Source of the DNA: the human T2T-CHM13v2.0 reference genome, Homo sapiens
NCBI RefSeq assembly: GCF_009914755.1
Contig: NC_060936.1
Length of the DNA: 64,000 nucleotides
Reading direction: 5' to 3' (one strand)
Shown here: in pieces, positions 46,601-64,000 of the stretch
Numbering within the stretch: position 1 is the first letter of the stretch
Layout: every line of letters starts with the position of its first letter
The notes under the pieces: generated by a model
What the model saw: the letters and a program-made list of their open reading frames with translations, nothing else
The model's database searches: none
Told to the model about the DNA's origin: nothing
Translations under genes and position numbers: made by a program

Positions 46601-47639
46601 CATTCACTCAGTTGATAGATTTTTCAAGAAAGAAAAAAATTAAGATAATATGTTTCTACAAAAAAAGAATGTAATGAAATACTGTAATTTGACTTTATAG
46701 CCAAATTAGGGGAACACTACTATTTTTCATTCTACAATTATTCCACACTATGCTGCAAGTATTGCCCAAGGAACAGAAGGCAGAAACCAAGTAACTTGAC
46801 AATATATTAGAGAAGAATAACAAGTCAAGTTATTTTGAAGATTTAGGTGTATTTTATTTCAAAGTGCATTGTTCTCCCTTTGTGCCTCCTTCTCAAATAA
46901 CACAACACAGGAAGCTGTCATCCATGTAATATATATTTTTTGGGGGATTAATCACTTGTATACCTGTTTTATTATTCATTCCATGGTCATTAGGGCCTAA
47001 AATGTACCAGGTATTAGGGACACAGGATAACAAGGCAGCAAAGGATCATTATATTCAGATGCAAAAGGAAATGTAATAAATATAAAATGTATAAAAAGTA
47101 AGTAGCCAGTTTCAAATAATAATCAGTGTCATTCTGTCAACACTTATTTTCTAAGTATGTACTCCATGCTAAATACTAATCTATAAAGTAACTCTGATGG
47201 GTGAGTGGAGGGCGAGGGGAGCTATTTTATATTAGTTGCTCAGGGAAGGTTTCCCTGAGGAGATGACATCTGAAATGAGACTTAAATAACAAGTAAACAC
47301 AGAAGAGTTTTTCAGCTGAGTTTCTGGGAGTCTGTGGATAGATTTCAGGAGGTCTATAGACTTGGATCAGAAAAATAATTACATCTGTATTTTCACTCAA
47401 CTCAGACTGAAATTTAGCATTTTCTTCTATTTGAATGTAGACAACAAATCTCAGTAGTACTAGTAGCACTTGTTACTTTGTTACCAGTAGAAAGTATAGT
47501 TTTTTTAAATTATATCTCAGTTTTCACAGGTGTCTTGAAATGTTATCATTGCTTTGAAATTATGAGATTTCTTGGATGTGATACTAGATCTGATTCTAAT
47601 TGTGTTAATAAAGAAGCACATGTATTACTGTATTGATTA

Positions 47640-48420
<781 letters not shown>

Positions 48421-48430
48421 CAAGTCCTAA

Positions 48431-49084
<654 letters not shown>

Positions 49085-49575
49085 TTATAGTAATTTTAAC
49101 ATGTTCGGTGTTTTCTGTAATTTTGTCTTTTACACTTTTTAAAATATTATTCTGAGAAGAGGTACATAGGCTTCAGCACATTGTCAAAGAGGGTCAAGCA
49201 CATTATGAGATTAGGAGCCCTTGATCTAAAGGCAGGGAGTTCTGGAAAGAGGAGTATAGAAGCCTCAAGGCAGAAGCAAGCTGGCATGTCCAATGGGATA
49301 GAGGAGCAGAAGGAAAGCTCCTGCGGCCAGAGCCAAAGATTGAGGGGCAGAGTGGTTGGAGACAGAGGTAGGGCCAGATCATGTGACTTCTTTGAAAGCT
49401 TCTGAAACTTGCAAAGGGACCTCCACTTCCCCACTGCACCATACCCACAGAGTGTGAAAGTAGGTATTGTATGTAAATTGTATTTTATGATTTTTTGGGG
49501 TCATTGCTAACTTTTTTCAGTTATCTTGGCAGAAATAAGAAAATTCTTTTTTGCTATTCCATATATCTATTGTGA

Positions 49576-49923
<348 letters not shown>

Positions 49924-50690
49924 TAGCTTTCTAGAGCTGGGAAAACCACCTTTAAACAGTATTATATACCAATATTTACTATTTCATAAATTCAGGCATA
50001 TTTGCTTAAAATAATCTCCTGTAGAGAGGCAAGAAACAGAAGCCCATTTTTTTGTTTTTAGGAAATTCATAGAAGCCTTTGGTAAGGTTCTTTTAAGTTG
50101 GCAAACTCTATTTTCAGAAGACTTCTATGTTGACACTTGTGACCTACAGAATTGCTTTAAGAGGTCAGCACTGATAAAAACAGAGGGAAGCTGTAAAGGG
50201 AGGATTAGGCTAAAGTCAACTGGTGGAGTAGGCATAGGTGAATTACTAAAGTGTTGATGAAATGACTCTGTTGGAGTTACCAGTTTATTATAATGAGAGC
50301 TAAAGTGAAAAACGCCAGACAGCCTAGAAGCATTCTGAATAACAAGGAGCTCCAACCCCTTATATATAAATGAGGTTACATATAGTAGGTTGAAAGCAGG
50401 TTTCCAAAACAACCAATTAGTTTGTATAGCTTCAGCTTCAGGATTGATGATTACATTCCATAGGATATTACATTAAATTGATGAAATCTGCACGTCTCTG
50501 GGGAACTCCTTACAAGCTAGCCAGTGAGCTTTTATGATGATAAGATACAGAATGGATAAAAATCTTCTGATGCCAAAAAAGCTTTGGCCCTGCCCAAGTT
50601 AGGATCTATATTCATATTATCACCAGGTAAAGTGTCTTGCAAACTTTCTTAGCTTTCATTCCTATCAGACTGCAGTTCATGACTGTGAGG

Positions 50691-51139
50691 TGTCAAAGAC
50701 TCTCTCCTTAACCAAGCTTCAGTCATGCTCTGCTAATGTCTCTTTTGGACCAGGCTTCAAGCTTGCTCCACCCCCAGCTTTGGCTTGCCCAGCCCAGCCT
50801 TAGCAAGGAATTCTGCTAAGTCATCTCCCAACCCTAGATATCTAATTACCCTTGATATCTGATCAAGTTCTTCATCCTCCACCTTTTTGATGTCTAAGTC
50901 CTTGGACTGCCTTTAGCAAGAGTCCTGTTAGGCCAGCTTAGCAAGAATTCCCCTGCCCTTGATGTGTTCTTTTAGCAATTTCCCATCCTTTGACATCCTC
51001 ATGCTGTTCTTGGCTATAAATCTTCACTTGCTCTTGCTGTTTCAGAGTTGAGCCCCTTCTTTTCCCCCCTCCAATTGCAATGGTTTTGAATGAAGTCTTC
51101 CTTACCATTTTAACAAGTGTCAGAATAATTTTTTTAACA
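50691..51139 (+). mobile_element. ERV1 LTR, MER31-like
   Basis: tgtcaaagactctctcctt...tttaaca termini, repeated ttagcaaga motifs, ggctataaat TATA. Confidence 0.7.
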
Positions 51140-51461
51140 TCTGTCTTTACACCACAGTCAACAACCCCTTATCCTCCCCAAAACTCTGAGCTAACGCCAC
51201 TACTTAGAGATTACAGTGTCTGCCTATTTTATTAGCTGGAACTGCATCAGTGATTTTGGAGTTGAATTTTTCATTTTTTACATGAAAGATTATGTGTTTA
51301 TAATTTGTTGTTTTCACATATGCATAAACAGAACTAGGAAGAGCTGTACTCAGGAGTCAAGTCAGAAGAAAAAACATCACCATGTTCAAATAGACAACTG
51401 AACATGCCTCTGAAAACCAGAGACAAAGGGAGTTATTTACAGTTAACATCTATAGAATATG

Positions 51462-52037
51462 GGCCGGGTGTAGTGGCTCACGCTTATAATCCCAGCACTT
51501 TGGGAGGCCAAAGCAGGAGGATTGCTTGAGCCCAGGCATTCGAGACCAGCTTAGGCAACATGGCGAGACCCCACCTCTATAAAAAATTTAAAAATTAGCT
51601 GGGCGTGATGGTGTGCATCTGTAGGCCCAGCTACTCAGGAGGCTGAGGTGGGAGGATCACTTAAGCCTGGGAGGTCAAGGCTACAATAAGCTGTGATTAA
51701 GGCACCTGGGCAACAGAGCAAGACCCTGCTTCTACCAAAAAAAAAAATATATATTAAATTTGTAGAAGTCTGGGCACAGTGGCTCACACCTGTAATCCCA
51801 GCACTTTGGGGGCTGAGGCAGAAGGATTGCCTTCACGAGTTTGAGACCAGCCTGGGCAACATAGTGAAATACCATCTCTACAAAAAATACAAAAATGAGC
51901 CAGTTGTGCTGGTGTACACCTGTAGTCCCAGCTACTTAGGAGGCTGAGGTGGGAGAATCACTTGAGCCTGGGAGGTCAAGACTGCAGTAAGCCGTGATCA
52001 TGCCACTGCACTGTAGCATGGGTGACAGAGTGAGAAC
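51462..52037 (+). mobile_element. Two AluJ (51462-51746, 51768-52037)
   Basis: Alu consensus. Confidence 0.92.
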
Positions 52038-52244
52038 ATGTCTTTAAAAAAAAAAAATCTGTGGACTATGAAGCAAGATGAGAGACATTTGAAAGCATAT
52101 GTCGGAAAGTCAGGTATACTTCTAGAGCTGGCTCTCTGTTAGGATAGAGACCTTTAAAATGTTTCTAGTGCTTGCAGATGTCACCCTACCCTCCTGCAAA
52201 GATAACAGTGCATTTACTTCTGTCACTGTAGATTAGTTTTGCCC

Positions 52245-52705
52245 AGGTATTCTTTTCTTAGGGCTGCCGTAACAAAGTCTGGGTGGCTTTAAAACAACAG
52301 AAATTTATCGTCTCACAGTTCTGGAGGCCAAAAGTCAGAAATCATGGTGTCGGCAGGGCCATGCTCCCTCTGGCAGCTCTAGGGAAAGGCCTTTCCTTGC
52401 CCCTTCCTGGCTTCTGGTGTTTGCTGGCAATCCTTGATGTTCCTTGGCGTGTAGATGGGTCACTTCGGTCTTTGCCTCCATGGTCACGTGGCCATCTTTT
52501 CCCTGTGTTTCTTCACATAGTCTTCCCATCCCACATGCAGAAGTATGTGTCAGTTTCTGTGTGGCTGAATTTCCCCTTTTTATAAAGACAGCAGCCCTAT
52601 CGGATTGGGCCTCCTCTAATGATCTCATTTTAATTTTTGCCTTTGTAAAGACCCTGGGAGTTAGGACTTCAACATGTCTTTTTTGGGAGACAATTGAACC
52701 TACAT
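52245..52705 (-). mobile_element. MLT1 (B/C-like) LTR
   Basis: agggctgccgtaacaaag...aaaacaacagaaatttatcgtctcacagttctggaggcc...gttaggacttcaacatgtcttttt. Confidence 0.8.
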
Positions 52706-53219
52706 AGCATGTTTTTGAACTTTACATGCAGAATCATATTGTATGTAGTCTTTTGCATCTGGCTTATTTCAGTCAATATATTAGTGAGATTCATCTGTGT
52801 TGCAATAGCAGTTTCTATTCATTGTCAGTCCTACCTACCACTATATCAAGGCTCTGCAAATTATGGTGTGAAGGCCAAATGCATCATGACTTATTTTTTT
52901 CGCATATGGATATCTAGGTATTACATAAGAAAATGTGGTTTTTGGTTTCTATGATACTTCTTCCCATATTTCTCTTTGTTTGAATAGGAAACAAATCTAA
53001 TTAATCCTTAATTAAAAGAAAACTTTTATATCCCATCTTTCCATGACTATGAATATGTTACATGTATAAATGTTTATATCTGTTATGTGGTCATTATACA
53101 TTTTGAACTAAAACATAGCTTATACTTGCCATATAAGTTTATGGAAAAAGTTAAATATTTTACTTAATTGATTGATTTATATCCTGTAACTTTACACATA
53201 AGTCCTGGTAATACAAGCT

Positions 53220-54105
<886 letters not shown>

Positions 54106-54199
54106 TGTTTTTATTATTATTTTTAACTACCAGGACTTTACACCTTGTAAAATCTACAATAAGAGAGTTATATATTGACTGTTTACTCTGTTGTTTCAG

Positions 54200-54352
54200 A
54201 ACAATGAGATGGTGGAGCTACAGAGAATACGGATGAAGGATGAAATCCGAGAATATAAGTTCCGGGAGGCACGGCTCCTTCAGGACTATACTGAATTGGA
54301 AGAAGAAAATATCACATTGCAGAAACTAGTGTCCACGTTGAAGCAGAACCAG
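54200..54352 (+). CDS. BICD1: Internal coding exon of BICD cargo adaptor 1 (probably exon 3), N-terminal coiled-coil region
   Basis: Acceptor ctgttgtttcAG|AAC at 54199/54200 and donor CAG|GTAAGG at 54352/54353. 153 nt = 51 codons, phase 0-0. Translates as [51 protein letters not shown], which matches BICD1 as I recall it. Confidence 0.95.
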
Positions 54353-54564
54353 GTAAGGTTTAAGAAATTTTTTGTTATACTGAAGATGGATCTACATCTT
54401 CTGACCACTAGGGTTAAATCTCCAAACTTGTCAGAATTTATTGTTACTCTTTTATCTTCTCTCTATAACATTTATGTACTGCAATGTCCCAACCCTCCTA
54501 TTTCAGCTAAAATATAGAAGGAAAAAATACACCTGTAAGTAGTATAGTGTACACTAAAGTTTTA

Positions 54565-55316
<752 letters not shown>

Positions 55317-55860
55317 TGCCTGTTTTCTTTTTCAGCTGTAACCTGACTACAAAGATTACATTCGTACATTTAAATGATTTTTTTGCTGTAATGGGGGTTT
55401 GATAGCTTAATTTTCCTGATTGGTTTGCATTGTGGATTTTCAGAACTATTAATAATTATTGAATCTGTAATTTTAGAAGAATTTATTTATGAATACAGTT
55501 GAATCGAGTAGTTAATTAAGCAAAGGTGAATTGGATGTTCGAGTTCTTTTCAAGGTGCTTCCTCAGCGACACCTCTATTCTGGTCTAAACGCTGTTGCCA
55601 CCTCTCAGTTCAGATCAACAGCCTATGTGCCAGGTGCTGTGCTAGGTTGGACAGACACAAGAATCCATAGGGCATGATTCTTGTCCTCTGTAAACTTAGA
55701 AGCCAGCCCAGATGTATGCTTTTACCTCACTCCCTTCCTGAGTTGGTATCTACATGATACACTGATTGATTGATTGATTGATAGATATAAGGGTTAAGAG
55801 GGAAAAGAAAAAAAATCCAGAAGAGAAAAATCCATGTAGTGGCACAATTAAAATTTGATT

Positions 55861-57700
<1,840 letters not shown>

Positions 57701-58106
57701 CTAATTAATGGTGTTAAGTACAATATTGTATGTACAAATGCCACAGAGTTTTTTAAAGAGATGACAATGAGTAGCATTCGGTCACAAAATTGGACTGTGT
57801 TACTTTGTACTGAAGTTCCCAATACGTTGTATAGTCCTTCAGCCTGGTTTGATGTTTCTCTAAACAGCAAAGCTACTACCATTTTAAAATGCTTAGTTCA
57901 AAGAATTTTCCCTTCTGAAGTATTATTTTTCTTTTAGTTATTTATTATTTTCTAAGTACAGTGTAATTATTGTTTAAAAAACACCTCTTACTTTCTATAA
58001 AGAGTCTATTTACATTCCATTTCCTTCCATTAACATATAGCACCTACGATAGAGCCTGATCCACAGTAGATATTAAATAAATACTTGTTGAAAGAATAAG
58101 AAAACT

Positions 58107-60015
<1,909 letters not shown>

Positions 60016-60102
60016 TACAGGAAGTCTAGGCCATCAATTGAATAAATACTACTGAATTTTAAACTCTGCAGTGCAAACTAAATTAATGTCTTCAAGTCAA
60101 GA

Positions 60103-61155
<1,053 letters not shown>

Positions 61156-61697
61156 CAACTTTACAGTATTTAAGCAGGCCTGAAAGAAACCATGACACAA
61201 GGAAACACACTGCTGTCTGAAGCAATTTCCAAGTTGCCTTTCTTATAACCACACTGAGGGCAATCCTTGCTTCTCCTTTCATAAGGAGGTAAAGGCCCTT
61301 CTGATTTCCATACTCCTTCATCCCAAGTCACCTGCAAAGCAGTAAATCATGTTGAGCATGCGTTTCTGGATTCCTCTCTTCCTCCACACTTCATCCTCAG
61401 TTTCCCCCTGCTTCCTGGCTAACAAATTGAGATTCCTATAATCAGAGAATGAACCTTTCATTTCACTACCAGAGATAAAGTAAAAAATGCATGTTTTTGC
61501 TTGAAGTAACAACCTAGTTGAAATGCAGTCAGTCAGCAAGTATAAAGGAAAGGTGACTGGATGCTTTAGTGTGGGAAAGGTTGTTTGCTCGGTGGAAAAG
61601 GTTGGAGAGAGTCAGTCACAGGGCAGGAGCAGTGAACTCAAATGACCACAAGCAGCTTATAAATAGCATTAAGTACAAGATGTAAACAAAAAGTAGA

Positions 61698-62390
61698 GGC
61701 CGAGTGCAGTGGCTCACGCCTGTAATCCCAGCACTTCGGGAGGCTGAGGTGGAAGGATTGCTTCGGTCCAGGAGTTTGAGACCAGCCTGGGCAACATGGT
61801 ACAAAACCTTGTCTCTACAAAAAGAAAAAAAAAGCCAAGCATGGAGGTATGCGCCTGCAATCCCAGCTACCCAGGAGGCTGAGGTGGGAGGATTGATTGA
61901 GACTGGGAGATCAAGGCTGTAGTGAGCTGTGATCAAGCCACTGTACTCTAGCCTGGGCAACAGAGCAAGACCCTGTCACAAACAAACAAACAAAAGAAAA
62001 AGTAGATGGAAAAGGAACAGCCAGTGCTCACTTACAGGTGATTTTTGTGCTCTGTGAAGGTGGGCCCAGTGTTGCCTGAATTATTTATTTATTTTTATTT
62101 ACTTATTTTTAGACGGAGTCTTGCTCTGTCGCCCAGGCTGGAGTGCAGTGGCGCGATCTCGGCTCACTGCAACCTCTGCTTCCTGGGTTCACGCCATTCT
62201 CCTGCCTCAGCCTTCTGAGTAGCTGGGACTACATGCACCTGCCACCACGCCCCACTAATTTTTTGTATTTTTAGTAGAGACGGGGTTTCACTGTGTTAGC
62301 TAGGATGGTCTTGATCTCCTGACCTCGTGATCCGCCCGCCTCAGCCTCCCAAAGTGCTGGGATTACAGGCGTGAGCCACTGAGCCCAGCC
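61698..62390. mobile_element. Tail-to-tail inverted Alus (+ AluJ 61698-61995, - AluY-like 62080-62390)
   Basis: Alu consensus on opposite strands. Confidence 0.93.
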
Positions 62391-63132
62391 CGAACTTTTG
62401 ATTTTTTTAAAAAAGAAATCAGAAGTTTTCAAATGTTTGTGAAATCATCAGTTTTCTAAATATTGGCAATCAATTCCAAAAGTTTTATAACGTGTTACAA
62501 GCCAAATAAAGCACATCTATAGGCTCGATGGTCTATGGGCACCCCTTGTGATCTCTGCTTTAAATCATTTGATGTCTGAATTGGTGGAAGGGACACGGGA
62601 GCACACACCAGCCTGGGGAGCCCACTAGAGTACAGAATGCAAACTACAGGGACACATGCCTTTGAGCAGGTAGTAGATAGCCAGGGCCTGTCAAGTTATT
62701 AGGTGTCCCAGGCCAGGTAATAACTCCTTGGAGTTGTGAAAAGTATATTTCATTTCCATGCCATCATGTTTGTAACATGCTATTTATAGTGCCCAGTTAT
62801 CATTTTTCCCAAAGTGCAATTTTTCTCCCATGAAGTACTCATAATCTTAAGTAATGTAGTTGATATGTAACCCAGAAACTCCTACTTGATTAGAAGACAG
62901 TTATTGGTAGTATGCCATTGATAGATTTGTTAATTTTTTGTTATATTTATTCAAATGCATATTCATGGTAGAACAATTAGCACTTTCTAGTTTTCATTCT
63001 AAATAATGGATATTATAAATAATGGTCTCCAATATTGACTCTTTTGAGTAATTCTATCAGGGACATGTTGAAATTCCAATGACCATTTTTTTTTTTTTTT
63101 TTGCCTTAGAGGCATCTTTTGTACATAATGTA

Positions 63133-63446
63133 TTTCTTTTTTTTTTTTTTTCCCTCAAGACAGGGCCTCACTCTGCCACCCAGATTGGAGTGCAGTGACA
63201 CCATCAGGGCTCACTGCAGCCTTGACCTCCCTGGGCCCGAGTGATCCTCCCACCTCATCCTCCCGAATAGCTGGGACTATAGGTGCACGCCACCACACCT
63301 GGCTAATTTTCTTATTTTTTGTAGAGAGAGGGTTTCATTATGTTGCCCAGGCTGGTCTCAAACTCCTGTGCTCAAGCAATTCACCGAGATTACAGGCCTG
63401 AGATTACAGGTGCTGAGATTACAGGCCTGAGCCACCGTGCCCAGTC
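63133..63446 (-). mobile_element. AluJ with an internal triplicated segment
   Basis: Alu consensus. Confidence 0.92.
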
Positions 63447-63609
63447 CTCATAATGCATTTCACACACCATAGTGTGGTGAGCACATTCTTTCACTGAAAT
63501 AACACTATCCATATTCACATATACAACTGGCATTGTTAGAAACATCTGCTATACATATGTCTTTATGAGTTGCATCCTATTAGAGCACCACAGTGTTTCG
63601 GTGACCAGT

Positions 63610-64000
63610 GAGTGCTGGTTTACCATCAGCTTTCATTGTTCCCTTCTGACGGTGTATTTCTCAGTTTTTTCCTGGGCCCAGTGCTGCCCAGAGTAAAGGC
63701 TACATTCTTCACTCCTCCTCGCAGCCAAATGGCATAAGACTAGTACCAGCCAATGATATATAACAAGTGATGTGGGTAACTTTTAATGTCCTTAAAGGGA
63801 GACAGTGTGCTCCTTATTTTGTGCCACCGCTTAGAACATGATCAAATGGCAAGCCACCTGAGATAGTATGGTCTAGACTAGAAGGCTGTACAACAACAGA
63901 GGAAGAGCCTGGCTCCTGGATGACCTCATGGAGCAGAGATTCCATGAGGAATCTCCTCCTGTCTACCTCCATACTGTTACATAAGAGAAAAACCTCTGGC
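63610..64000 (+). mobile_element. Old MLT1 LTR running off the window end
   Basis: ccagccaatgatatataacaagtgatgtg...ggaagagcctggctcctggatgacctcatggagcag motifs. Confidence 0.55.

Noticed and set aside
54191-54517. 108-aa ORF in the track
   Set aside because: Only 54200-54352 is exon; the rest is intron read-through past a canonical donor, and the start is a TTG inside the acceptor.

Overview
Primate (most likely human) genomic DNA, almost all intronic. The only intact protein-coding segment is one 153-nt internal exon (54200-54352, + strand) whose translation I recognise as BICD1 (probably exon 3), so the window is read as BICD1 intron/exon/intron in sense orientation. The rest is dense with transposable elements: about 50 Alus, MIR, L2, old L1, MaLR/ERV LTRs and DNA transposon remnants. 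Nearly all ORFs in the supplied track are Alu- or repeat-derived noise. Main finds: (1) an isolated, exon-precise, inactivated copy of the R-spondin-2 (RSPO2) furin-1 exon with no neighbouring exons, no splice donor and no poly-A, possibly a retrocopy of an unusual or circular RNA; (2) an L1-mobilised, spliced HERV-W processed pseudogene with a 17-bp TSD; (3) a perfect 20-bp p53 response element in a MER61-like LTR; (4) inverted Alus bracketing the frame-symmetric, stop-free BICD1 exon; (5) a 26-bp minisatellite born inside an L2 3' end; (6) several templated-insertion repair scars and short local duplications. Gene and repeat names come from recalled sequences, not database searches; repeat boundaries are approximate unless a TSD is quoted.
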